A stretch of DNA of 64,000 nt. Origin: Candidatus Levybacteria bacterium RIFCSPLOWO2_01_FULL_38_21. GTDB lineage: Bacteria; Patescibacteriota; Microgenomatia; Levybacterales; UBA12049. A program made the position numbers and the translations under genes. The DNA is taken from contig MFOT01000014.1 of assembly GCA_001782475.1 (NCBI GenBank), positions 12,109 through 76,108 of the forward strand, written 5' to 3'. The notes below the pieces were generated by a model that did no database searches, was not told the origin of the DNA, and worked only from the letters and a program-made list of their open reading frames with translations. Positions 29,861 through 38,597 of the stretch are shown piece after piece (position 1 is the stretch's first letter; every line of letters begins with the position of its first letter).

Positions 29861-31258
29861 TTAATGGGAGTCATATTGACGATTCCAATCAAGATGAACC
29901 TCCGGAAAATTTTTTAAACTATCCTCAACGAATCCCTTAAGTCGAACAAGTCCCTCGGGAGTTTTTGCTTCTACTCTTAGTACGACAATAGGCCCGGTAT
30001 TTGATGCTCTAAACAAAAACCATCCGTCATTTGTGTATCCACGTATACCATCAAGATCAATAACCTCAGTGCATAGGGGTCTGAAATAGCCTACTATTCG
30101 TTTTACCAGGTCGAACTTGATATCATCAGATACTCCAATTCTGTATTCCGGCGTAGCATAGTATTTAGGGAACGCATCGATGATCTGTGATAGTGTCTTA
30201 TTTTTTTCTGCCAAAATCCTTAATACTTGGCACATGGCGTGAACAGCGTCATCAAATACGTACCAATCCTTTGTTATCCAGTAATGACAGCTCATCTCTC
30301 CGCAGAGAAGCGCTTTTTCTTCATAAACTTTTTCATCGAGCAGGGAATGTCCTGTTTTCCAAAAGATAGGAATACCTCCGAGTCTTTTTGTTTCATCAAC
30401 TACCATCTCCGAATCTTTTAGCTCAACTATTACTTTTTCACCAGGATTTTTGGGTAGGTAATCTTGTACCAATAGTGTAAGGATTATGTCTCCCAACTGA
30501 ATTCTTCCCATATCGTCAACGAAGCCTACACGGTCAGCATCTCCATCGAACAGTATGCCTACGTCCGCCTTATTGTCTAAAACTTTTTTAATGAGATCTT
30601 TGTAAGCATCGATAACAACCGGGTCAGGAATATGAGGAGGATTGGTTGGGTTAAACTCTGAGTAAAGTTCTATGACTTCACATCCTAAATCTCTTAATAG
30701 ATTGGGCACAAAAAGCCCTGCGATCGCAGCACTTGAGTCAACTACCACTTTTAACTTCTTTTTAAGTTTTATTTTCTTTTTGATTTCTTCGTAATAGTCT
30801 TTGTTTCCTTGTGGCCAAGAAGTAATCTTGCCAGTCCCATTTATGAATTCACCTTTTCCCATAAGCTCTCTTATTTGCTGTATTTCCAGACCAGATATCG
30901 TATTGTGACCATGACATAATTTAAACCCGTTATACTGCGGTGGATTATGGCTCGCAGATACCATCACGCCACCGTCAATTTTGTAATATTGTCTTGCGAA
31001 GTACATGGTCGATACAATAGCAATCCCCAGATCAAGTACGTTGCATCCCGTAGAAATTAAGCCCTCCATTAGAGCTTTCTGATAAGGCTCTGAGGTAGTT
31101 CTAGTATCGCGAGCAACTACTACATCTTTTGTTCCCTGACTCTTAAGATATGTTCCATAAGCTTTACCCAAAACCAATGCAAATTCCTTATTAATATCAT
31201 GATCAACAATTCCTCTTATATCGTACTCCCTAAATATTCTTGGGTTAATTTTCAGCAT
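29861..31258 (-). CDS. Alpha-D-phosphohexomutase (phosphoglucomutase/phosphomannomutase family)
   Basis: 465 aa; catalytic phosphoserine loop SASHNPPQYNGFK, metal loop FDGDADR and sugar-binding loop. The exact substrate (PGM, PMM or GlmM) is not decidable from sequence. Confidence 0.85.
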   Translation of the reverse strand: MLKINPRIFREYDIRGIVDHDINKEFALVLGKAYGTYLKSQGTKDVVVARDTRTTSEPYQKALMEGLISTGCNVLDLGIAIVSTMYFARQYYKIDGGVMVSASHNPPQYNGFKLCHGHNTISGLEIQQIRELMGKGEFINGTGKITSWPQGNKDYYEEIKKKIKLKKKLKVVVDSSAAIAGLFVPNLLRDLGCEVIELYSEFNPTNPPHIPDPVVIDAYKDLIKKVLDNKADVGILFDGDADRVGFVDDMGRIQLGDIILTLLVQDYLPKNPGEKVIVELKDSEMVVDETKRLGGIPIFWKTGHSLLDEKVYEEKALLCGEMSCHYWITKDWYVFDDAVHAMCQVLRILAEKNKTLSQIIDAFPKYYATPEYRIGVSDDIKFDLVKRIVGYFRPLCTEVIDLDGIRGYTNDGWFLFRASNTGPIVVLRVEAKTPEGLVRLKGFVEDSLKNFPEVHLDWNRQYDSH

Positions 31259-31288
31259 AAATTTTATGGATAGGCATGTTTTTTAATA

Positions 31289-31981
31289 TTAAATTTCCAA
31301 CAAAAAAAAGTCAATGGCGTTAACTAGCGGCATTGAAAGAGTGCCGGTTTTGTAGGAAAGATCTATCTTATATAGTTTTTTGTAAATTTTTGTTAAATGA
31401 TCTTGATCAAAAAAACCTGCCTGCTTTAAAAGCCTTTGTTTTTGCCATGGGGCAAGCTTTTTTACTTCCTCAATTTGAAACTTTGAACTTTTATCTATTA
31501 CTCCCAAAAGAAGCCGAATCTGGCGAACAATCATAAAAACTATAATCTCCTGCGCAGATGTCTTTAAAATCTGGTGAAAAGTTTCTAATAAAAATTTTCC
31601 ATTCCCCGGCTTTAGAGATTCTAAAAAGCTAAATAAAATTTTAGGATAGTTAAAAGTCTTAACTGCGGATTTTGGAAAAAGATTTAGATATTTTGATAAT
31701 GCTTCTTTTTCCTCCCAAATAACAATGTTTCTTTTTTCATTTTCTTTTAATAAAGATGCTATTTCTTTTAACTCGCTGTCTGAACGTTTTTTAGAGAAGA
31801 GATTTTCTAAAACAATATTTTTTTCTTCATCAAGAAAATTTGTTCCCTGAAAAAATTCCGCTAAATCCGCTATTGTTATTTTTTCTCCTTCAAATGTCCG
31901 AAGACTTAAGAATTCATTTTTTTTCTCAAAGAGGTACTCTCTTGAGGAAATAGAATCCTGCCCGTTTATTATTGTAATCAT
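31289..31981 (-). CDS. Possible DNA polymerase III delta subunit (HolA-like), short form
   Basis: 230 aa; the N-terminal MITIINGQDSISSREYL and C-terminal ...IYKKLYKIDLSYKTGTLSMPLVNAIDFFLLEI resemble the HolA N- and C-terminal patterns. Assignment is by weak pattern only. Confidence 0.4.
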   Translation of the reverse strand: MITIINGQDSISSREYLFEKKNEFLSLRTFEGEKITIADLAEFFQGTNFLDEEKNIVLENLFSKKRSDSELKEIASLLKENEKRNIVIWEEKEALSKYLNLFPKSAVKTFNYPKILFSFLESLKPGNGKFLLETFHQILKTSAQEIIVFMIVRQIRLLLGVIDKSSKFQIEEVKKLAPWQKQRLLKQAGFFDQDHLTKIYKKLYKIDLSYKTGTLSMPLVNAIDFFLLEI

Positions 31982-32352
31982 AAAGAATTTTTATACTCTT
32001 TAAATAATTTGTTTGTCAAAGACCCCAAATGTCTCTTTCTTATGCGGTGGTGAAGAAGAGCACCTGAAAAATTTTTAGGAATGTGCAAAAGTTCGTGAAT
32101 TAAAACTTTTTTTCGATTATCCTCCGGAAGCTTATCGTAATGTTTTGATAAAACTTCTATTACATAAGCAGCTTCTATAGACAGGGCTTTTTGAAATATT
32201 TTAGGCATTGCCCAAATTCTTGCATACGATCTTGATTTTGAGCCGTAGCTTCTAAAACAAAATATTCTTGAGGATTTGATATGCGGAAGTTTCAAAACTT
32301 TAAGAATTTTCTTTATATCTTTTTTAACATCTTTTGCCTCTTTCCACTCCAT
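31978..32352 (-). CDS. HEXXH-motif putative zinc hydrolase (DUF45/YgjP-like)
   Basis: 124 aa; LIHELLHIPKNFSGALL resembles the YgjP-family HELxHL..NHS..F motif. Weak. Confidence 0.35.
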   Translation of the reverse strand: MEWKEAKDVKKDIKKILKVLKLPHIKSSRIFCFRSYGSKSRSYARIWAMPKIFQKALSIEAAYVIEVLSKHYDKLPEDNRKKVLIHELLHIPKNFSGALLHHRIRKRHLGSLTNKLFKEYKNSL

Positions 32353-32441
32353 ATACTAATACTACAAATACTACCAATAAATACCAATAATCCAATATTC
32401 AAATATTTGTTTATTTGAGATTTGTGGCATTGGTATTATTA

Positions 32442-32960
32442 TCAAGTATGTTTATCTGCAACATAGGAAGCACCGTATGCTTCGGGTTTTGTCTTTGCCA
32501 CAAATCCATTACCTGTTACCATTCCCACGACTTCTTTTATCATATCTCTAGTGTCTCCGTGTTCTCCAACATCTATATGAATTTCTAAATTGTAGGAAGG
32601 CATCTCACCGTTTAATTTCTTTTTAAGAAGCGGCACAAAAGAGAATGCAAAAGCAAGAGAGCTCATTGTCTCAGCATAAATTTTTTCTCTCAAACTATGT
32701 ATGTTTGATTGAGAAACTTTTTTCCAGAAATATTTTCCTCCAAAGCCTTTACGATGAACAAGAACTGCGGTAACAAGACTGATCTGTCTGTTGCTTTTTC
32801 CTAAACCTTTCTCGTGGGAATCTGTTCCTATTACCAAGCTATATTCTGCACCTGGATCTTCTTCTAAAAACACCTTTATATAATTTATAACATCCCCGAT
32901 TCTTAATTGTCCGTAAGTTACGCTTTGGTAAAATCCATTTACAACCTGATACTCATCCAT
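32442..32960 (-). CDS. Possible YkuK/DUF458-like RNase-H-fold protein
   Basis: 172 aa; the SLVIGTDSHEKG motif and size are consistent with the DUF458 family as I recall it. Low certainty. Confidence 0.3.
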   Translation of the reverse strand: MDEYQVVNGFYQSVTYGQLRIGDVINYIKVFLEEDPGAEYSLVIGTDSHEKGLGKSNRQISLVTAVLVHRKGFGGKYFWKKVSQSNIHSLREKIYAETMSSLAFAFSFVPLLKKKLNGEMPSYNLEIHIDVGEHGDTRDMIKEVVGMVTGNGFVAKTKPEAYGASYVADKHT

Positions 32961-33005
32961 ATTTTAGGACTTATTATACCACAATTATTAAGACTTGCTA
33001 TCATC

Positions 33006-34208
33006 CTATAGTTTAAAACCGAGAGTTTTTGTTATACTTTCCAAAAATAGAATCAGAGTACCTTCGTCTTTTTTATTTTTCTTTAAAATTCTTTTTGCAA
33101 CTTTTAAAACCAGCTCAAGCGACCGAGGGGTATTTACGTCATCATCCATAATTTTAATGAACTTATTGAAATAAGATGCGCCAATTATCTTTTTACTAGA
33201 GGAATTTTTTTGTTTTACAGCTTTTTTAACTATATTAATACAATTCCTGGCATATTCAAGTTCTTTTTCCTCATATTCCCAAGGTTGTTTATAATGGTGT
33301 GAAAGCAAAGTCCATCTTACCGCATTAGGCGTATATTTTTTAAGAAGGTCTTTGATCATTATTAAGTTGCCCAAGGACTTTGACATTTTTTCACCATTGC
33401 AAAAAACCATTCCAGTATGCATCCAGTACCTTACAAAGGGGGCTTTGCCTGTATAACTTTCGGACTCCGCAATTTCACTTTCGTGATGGGGGAATATCAA
33501 GTCTTTTCCGCCACCATGAATATCTATTCTTTGGCCTAAAAATCTATCTGCCATAGCAGAGCATTCTATATGCCAGCCCGGACGGCCTTTTTCTTTACCC
33601 TGAGCGGAGTCGAAGGGCCAAAAGGGTTCACCTGCTTTTGTCTTTTGCCATAAAACAAAATCGAGTGGATCTTTTTTAAAAGGGTCAGAAGGATCAGCGC
33701 CTCTTTCTTTTGAAATAAGAATCATCTGCTTTCTGTTAAATTTTGACAACCTACCGTATTTTTTGAATTTTCCAACATCGAAGTAGATGTTTCCATCCCT
33801 TTTATATGCAAGACCCTTCTTAAGTAATGAGATAATGATTTGAATCATTTTATTAATTGAATCTGTAGCTTTTACAAAATTGGTTGGAAGTAATACATTA
33901 AGCGATTTCATGTCTTGAATATATCTATCTGTCCAATAATCACCTAAAATCTTCCAGTTTTTGCCTTCTTCTTTTGCTTTTTTGAGAATATCATCATCAA
34001 TATCTGTTACATTTTGCGTGTACTTTACTTTATAACCCTTAAGTGCGAGATAGCGAATTAGTACATCAAAGAAAACATAGGTAAATGCATGTCCTATGTG
34101 AGTTGTATCATAAGGTGTAATTCCGCAGACATAAATTGAAACATTATTTTTTTTAAGAGGTTTAAAAACTTCTTTTTCCCGCGTTAAAGAATTATAAAGC
34201 TTAAGCAC
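33006..34208 (-). CDS. cysS: Cysteine--tRNA ligase (short form)
   Basis: 400 aa; class I HIGH (GITPYDTTHIGHA) and KMSKS (KMSKSLGN) motifs, zinc/Cys-binding WHIEC. GTG start. A -10-like TGTATAAT lies 7 nt upstream of the start, with no Shine-Dalgarno sequence. Confidence 0.9.
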   Translation of the reverse strand: MLKLYNSLTREKEVFKPLKKNNVSIYVCGITPYDTTHIGHAFTYVFFDVLIRYLALKGYKVKYTQNVTDIDDDILKKAKEEGKNWKILGDYWTDRYIQDMKSLNVLLPTNFVKATDSINKMIQIIISLLKKGLAYKRDGNIYFDVGKFKKYGRLSKFNRKQMILISKERGADPSDPFKKDPLDFVLWQKTKAGEPFWPFDSAQGKEKGRPGWHIECSAMADRFLGQRIDIHGGGKDLIFPHHESEIAESESYTGKAPFVRYWMHTGMVFCNGEKMSKSLGNLIMIKDLLKKYTPNAVRWTLLSHHYKQPWEYEEKELEYARNCINIVKKAVKQKNSSSKKIIGASYFNKFIKIMDDDVNTPRSLELVLKVAKRILKKNKKDEGTLILFLESITKTLGFKL

Positions 34209-34236
34209 GATTACTATTATACATCAAGAAAGGGGA

Positions 34237-34262
34237 TTTATTTGCTTTTAAGAGCAAATAAA
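34237..34262 (-). terminator. Hairpin between tRNA-Lys(UUU) and cysS (10-bp stem TTTATTTGCT/AGCAAATAAA, 6-nt loop)
   Basis: A perfect inverted repeat read directly. On the minus-strand transcript it is followed by UCCCCUUUCUUG, so it is a candidate intrinsic terminator or processing site 3' of the tRNA. Confidence 0.4.
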
Positions 34263-34289
34263 GCTTGCTCTCCGAAGCCTTGGCGAAAG

Positions 34290-34365
34290 ATGGTGAGCCG
34301 TGCAGGATTCGAACCTGCGACCAAGAGCTTAAAAGGCTCCTGCTCTACCGCTGAGCTAACGGCCC
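34290..34365 (-). tRNA. tRNA-Lys (anticodon UUU), CCA encoded
   Basis: The reverse complement folds as acceptor GGGCCGT/ACGGCTC (one G-U pair), D arm GCTC-AGCGGTA-GAGC, anticodon arm GGAGC-CTTTTAA-GCTCT, T arm GCAGG-TTCGAAT-CCTGC, then ACCA. Confidence 0.85.
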
Positions 34366-34457
34366 TCAGGAACAATTATATCAAGCTAAGTATAACTTGA
34401 CAAGATAATCTTATATATATAGACTAATAAAAGACCCGTGACAGAGAGGAGGTGAAA

Positions 34458-35117
34458 ATGACTAATATTGGAGAGACATTAGTTGCCTCTATAAACGCAG
34501 GTCTTGTTGCGCTTACAGCATTTGTCCCCAAATTTGTCCTTGGACTCGTTATACTTCTGGTTGGTATCATTATTGCTTCAATTTTAAAACAAGCAGTCCT
34601 TGAACTTTTTAAGGCATTAAAAATTGAATCTTTCCTCAAAAAATACGGAGTCCCAGAAGCAAAAGACGAATTTTCGTGGTCTGGCATCTTAGCAGAGATC
34701 GTAAGATGGTTTGTTATAATAGTTTTCCTACTTCCTACGGCAGACATTTGGGGATTACCAAAAGTTGATTTAGTGTTAAGCCAGGTCCTATTATACTTAC
34801 CAAATGTTTTCGTTGCGGTAATAATTACACTGGTTGGATTTGTTTTTGCAAGACTTGCCCATGATGTAATCTTAGCATCTACCAAAGGTTTGTCTTCGGA
34901 GACAGCTAGAACTGTTGCGTCGATAACCCGTTGGGCAATCAGTGTTTTTGTGATTTTGGCTGTATTAAACCAGTTGGGCGTTGCATCGGACCTTATAAGA
35001 ATTCTCTTTACAGGTTTTGTTGCAATGCTTGCTATAGCCGGCGGAATTGCCTTTGGTCTTGGGGGGCAGGGAAGCGCAAAAGACATTGTTGAGGGAATAA
35101 GAAACAAGCTTAAATAA
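34458..35117 (+). CDS. Polytopic membrane protein with repeated TM-helix modules (MscS-N-terminal-like)
   Basis: A strong Shine-Dalgarno sequence GAGGAGGTG is 5 nt upstream of the ATG at 34458 (the track starts at the GTG at 34452). It has 4-5 clean TM helices with a repeated charged-loop pattern. The antisense 250-aa ORF is low complexity and is treated as a shadow. Confidence 0.6.
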   Translation: MTNIGETLVASINAGLVALTAFVPKFVLGLVILLVGIIIASILKQAVLELFKALKIESFLKKYGVPEAKDEFSWSGILAEIVRWFVIIVFLLPTADIWGLPKVDLVLSQVLLYLPNVFVAVIITLVGFVFARLAHDVILASTKGLSSETARTVASITRWAISVFVILAVLNQLGVASDLIRILFTGFVAMLAIAGGIAFGLGGQGSAKDIVEGIRNKLK

Positions 35118-35134
35118 AAGAAGTCAGACTTCTT
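35118..35134. terminator. Perfect 8-bp inverted repeat AAGAAGTC-a-GACTTCTT just after the membrane-protein stop
   Basis: Direct reading. A-rich on the 5' side and AAAAATT on the 3' side. It is a possible terminator or stem-loop, and its orientation is ambiguous. Confidence 0.3.
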
Positions 35135-35240
35135 AAAAATTGTATTAGGGCTTGTATTAGGATATAATACCGACATAAACCGTCGTAAGTAGTGTGCGTA
35201 GCTATGTTGTCCATTAAGCGCTGGTTTTCAAAAATATTTT

Positions 35241-35316
35241 GGCCCCATCGTCTAGCGGCTTAGGACAGCTGGTTTTCAGCCAGCTAACACCGGTTCGAAT
35301 CCGGTTGGGGTCACCA
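35241..35316 (+). tRNA. tRNA-Glu (anticodon UUC), CCA encoded
   Basis: Acceptor GGCCCCA/TGGGGTC (one G-U pair), D arm GTCT-AGCGGCTTA-GGAC, anticodon arm GCTGG-TTTTCAG-CCAGC, T arm ACCGG-TTCGAAT-CCGGT, then ACCA. Confidence 0.85.
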
Positions 35317-35375
35317 AGATGTTAATTATTCTTCACATTTGACTCCGCAGTGATATATGTTAGTATAAATATAAT

Positions 35376-37055
35376 ATGCTCCTGCCCGATGAGCAAATAA
35401 AAGTTATTCTTTTTCGAGCGGGTATTGATCAAAAAACCCTTGATGATTTAGAAATTTTTACAAGAAACGCTCGAATTACACTCCAGGAAGCGGCAATTGA
35501 GAAAGATGTCATTACCGACGAAAGATTAGGTCTCCTAGTTGCCAGTCATATAAAATTTCCATTCATCTCTCTATCAAAAATTACTATTCCTGAAAGCGTT
35601 TTTCGTATTGTACCAGAGAGACTTGCCAGAAAGTATAAGGTGATTGCTTTTGCCCGTGACATGGACGGAATAAAACTGGCTATGTCAGATCCCGCGGACC
35701 TACGCTTTCAAGAAATGATTATTAAAAAAACTGGACAAAGGGCAACCCCATACCTGGCAACAGAAAGAGATATTGAAAACACGCTTCAGGTATACAGAAA
35801 AGATTTGAAAAAATCATTTGACGAATTACTTCAAAGTGAGATTAGTAAAAATGCCAGTGATATCGGGGATGCGCCAATTGCAAAAATTGTTGATCTTCTT
35901 ATTACATATGCATACCGTGACAAAGCATCTGACATTCACATTGAACCGGAGGAAAAAGATTTATTGATTCGTTTTAGGATAGACGGTATTTTACATGATG
36001 TGCTATATCTAGATAAAAAATTACATGATAGAATTTTGACTCGCATCAAAATACTTTCAAGACTTAGAACAGATGAACATTTAAGCGCACAGGATGGAAA
36101 GATCAGGCTCGTTGTCGACGAGGATAATTTAGATTTGCGTGTTTCTATAATTCCATTAATAGAGGGGGAAAATGCAGTACTACGTCTTTTGTCTTCTCAT
36201 TATCGCCAATTCTCTCTCCTTGACCTAGGCATGAATGAGCGAGATTTAAAAAAAGTTACCAGCGCAATAGATAAATCAAATAGTATGATTTTATCAACAG
36301 GCCCAACTGGTTCAGGCAAGACAACCACTATTTATGCGCTCCTCAAAATTCTCAATACTAGAGAAAAGAACATAACCACCATTGAGGATCCCGTTGAGTA
36401 TAAAATTCAGGGGGTAAATCAAATTCAAGTAAATGTAAAAACGAATCTTACATTCGCAGAGGGTCTTAGGAGTATTCTAAGGCAAGATCCTAATATTACC
36501 TTTGTCGGAGAAATTAGAGATATTGAAACCGCGGGAATTGCTGTAAACGCTGCTTTAACTGGTCATTTAGTTGTCTCAACTCTTCACACCAATGATGCGG
36601 CTACTGCACTTCCTCGACTAATTGACATGAAGGTTGAGCCATTTCTTGTTGCCTCAACAGTCAGTATTATTATTGCTCAAAGATTAGTCCGAAAAATTTG
36701 TGAATCATGCAAGATGCAAATTACTGTAAAAAGATCCGATATAGAAAAAAATATTTCAAAAGGAATGATTTCCAAACATTTTACAATGACAGAAGATATA
36801 ACCATGTATAAGGGGAGGGGATGTAAGGTTTGCCATTTTACAGGTTATTTAGGTAGGATTGGCATCTTTGAAGTACTTGAGGTTACAGATAGAATTCGTA
36901 AATTAATCACAGAAAAGAATGATTCCGGTATTATTGCTCAAGCGGCCATTGAAGAAGGGATGACCACAATGCTTGATGATGGTTTGGATAAGATTAAGAA
37001 AGGAATGACAACACTTGAAGAGGTACTTCGAGTCACCAATGTTGGTGCACTATGA
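35376..37055 (+). CDS. pilB: Type IV pilus assembly ATPase (GspE/PilB family)
   Basis: 559 aa; N-terminal GSPII_E_N-like domain, Walker A GPTGSGKTTT, Asp box, Walker B and His box, and a tetracysteine motif (CESC...CKVC). Confidence 0.9.
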   Translation: MLLPDEQIKVILFRAGIDQKTLDDLEIFTRNARITLQEAAIEKDVITDERLGLLVASHIKFPFISLSKITIPESVFRIVPERLARKYKVIAFARDMDGIKLAMSDPADLRFQEMIIKKTGQRATPYLATERDIENTLQVYRKDLKKSFDELLQSEISKNASDIGDAPIAKIVDLLITYAYRDKASDIHIEPEEKDLLIRFRIDGILHDVLYLDKKLHDRILTRIKILSRLRTDEHLSAQDGKIRLVVDEDNLDLRVSIIPLIEGENAVLRLLSSHYRQFSLLDLGMNERDLKKVTSAIDKSNSMILSTGPTGSGKTTTIYALLKILNTREKNITTIEDPVEYKIQGVNQIQVNVKTNLTFAEGLRSILRQDPNITFVGEIRDIETAGIAVNAALTGHLVVSTLHTNDAATALPRLIDMKVEPFLVASTVSIIIAQRLVRKICESCKMQITVKRSDIEKNISKGMISKHFTMTEDITMYKGRGCKVCHFTGYLGRIGIFEVLEVTDRIRKLITEKNDSGIIAQAAIEEGMTTMLDDGLDKIKKGMTTLEEVLRVTNVGAL

Positions 37056-38104
37056 AAACTGAACATATTAGATTATCCAGCAGTGATACGTTAACTATGA
37101 TAGGCACATTTTCCACCATGATGAATGCAGGTATTCCAATTCTTGAAACCGTAGACTCGCTTCTTGAAGATGCAAGAGGAAATACGAAGAAAATTCTTAT
37201 TTCTATAAGAGAAGATCTTATTCAAGGAAAACCTCTTCATGTATGCTTCTCTAAATTTCCATTAGCTTTCGATAAAGTTTCAGTGAATATTATAAAAGCT
37301 TCAGAAGAAGCAGGGACGCTACATATTGTATTAAAGGATTTAAGAGATCAAATTCAGAAAGATATGGAATTTACAGATAATGTAAAATCTGCGTTAATGT
37401 ATCCTTTTATTGTCCTTATTGTTTTCCTAGCAGTGCTTCTAATAATCCTCGTTGTGGTAATTCCAAAAATTTCTACGGTGTTTTTACAGCTACGTGTTGA
37501 TTTGCCGCTTCCAACGCGTGTTCTCATTTTTGCCTCAAATGCAATTTTGCATAATTTAATTCTACTTTTGATTGCACTTCTTGGTATAGGTTTTGGCATC
37601 CATTTTTTGTTCAGAATCCAAAGGAAGTTTATCCTCCATTTGCTATATACGCTTCCTTTTGTCTCAACAATTATTAAAGGGATAGATTTGACGCGATTCT
37701 TCAGGAGCATGTATCTATTACTTAATTCCGGCGTCATCATAACATCTGCGCTGGAGTTGGCAAAAGATGTTGTGATACGTCAAGATATTGCCAAATCCAT
37801 AGGATATGCTCAAGAAAGTGTTCTTGCAGGACGAAGACTCTCTGAGGCGCTCAAAGAAAGAAAAGATATTTTTTCTGGAACTACGATTAAGATTGTAGAA
37901 GCCGGAGAGAGAACTGGAACACTAGATAAGTCAATGGGGGACATATCAAACGATATGGATTACCAGGTTGCCAAAATGCTTAAAACATCAATTACCCTAC
38001 TTGAACCGCTTATGCTTATATTTATGTCTATTTTGGTAGGAGGAATGATGATATCAATTATTGCTCCAATTTATGGATTGGTTAGTAGTATTGGCGGAGG
38101 ATAG
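37052..38104 (+). CDS. pilC: Type IV pilus platform protein (GspF/PilC family)
   Basis: 350 aa polytopic protein with T2SSF-type repeats. It overlaps pilB by 4 nt. Confidence 0.8.
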   Translation: MKTEHIRLSSSDTLTMIGTFSTMMNAGIPILETVDSLLEDARGNTKKILISIREDLIQGKPLHVCFSKFPLAFDKVSVNIIKASEEAGTLHIVLKDLRDQIQKDMEFTDNVKSALMYPFIVLIVFLAVLLIILVVVIPKISTVFLQLRVDLPLPTRVLIFASNAILHNLILLLIALLGIGFGIHFLFRIQRKFILHLLYTLPFVSTIIKGIDLTRFFRSMYLLLNSGVIITSALELAKDVVIRQDIAKSIGYAQESVLAGRRLSEALKERKDIFSGTTIKIVEAGERTGTLDKSMGDISNDMDYQVAKMLKTSITLLEPLMLIFMSILVGGMMISIIAPIYGLVSSIGGG

Positions 38105-38106
38105 AC

Positions 38107-38595
38107 ATGAAGAAAATTTTCAATTCCGAACGCGGGTTTACACTTGTTGAGCTAGGTATTGTTTTTGGAATTATAGCTCTTTTATTTGGATTTGCAACAA
38201 TTAATCTGGTAAATGTTCAAAAAGTGACCTCGATAAATTCGGCGATTGATACATTGGTATCAGACATGAAAAGTCAACAAACAAAAGCAATGGTTGGTAC
38301 CGGAAGCGTAGCAGGAGAAAGCTTCGGTATGTATTTTCAGTCAGATAGGTACATTTTGTTTACTGGCACGACCTATTCCAGCACGAATTCTTCGAATTTT
38401 ACCATTATGCTGGGGAGTAGCATTCAATTTGCTAACAGTACATTTCCTGATAATACTATAGTTTTCCTACGACAATCAGGAGAATTGAGCGGATTTATAG
38501 ATGAGAGAAATACTATAGCCATCCAGAACACCCAAGGGCTTAATAAGAAAACAATTACTGTTAATCGATATGGTGTAGTAACGAAAGTAAATTAG
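38107..38595 (+). CDS. Prepilin-type (class III signal) minor pilin
   Basis: 162 aa; N-terminal ERGFTLVELGIVFGIIALLF has the G|FTLVE prepilin peptidase site and the hydrophobic alpha1 helix. Confidence 0.75.
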   Translation: MKKIFNSERGFTLVELGIVFGIIALLFGFATINLVNVQKVTSINSAIDTLVSDMKSQQTKAMVGTGSVAGESFGMYFQSDRYILFTGTTYSSTNSSNFTIMLGSSIQFANSTFPDNTIVFLRQSGELSGFIDERNTIAIQNTQGLNKKTITVNRYGVVTKVN

Positions 38596-38597
38596 CA

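Noticed and set aside
32353-32441. Degenerate AATAC(C/T)A tandem repeats plus a 9-bp inverted repeat (AATACCAAT/ATTGGTATT) between the HEXXH gene and the RNase-H-fold-like gene
   Set aside because: It is an AT-rich intergenic low-complexity region, probably a terminator or promoter spacer. There is no evidence for an RNA gene or mobile element.
34424-35176. 250-aa ORF on the minus strand, antisense to the TM-helix membrane protein gene
   Set aside because: Its composition is low complexity (Pro/Ser/Thr/Ala-rich) with no recognisable motifs. The plus-strand ORF has a strong SD and clean TM helices, so this is a typical shadow ORF.
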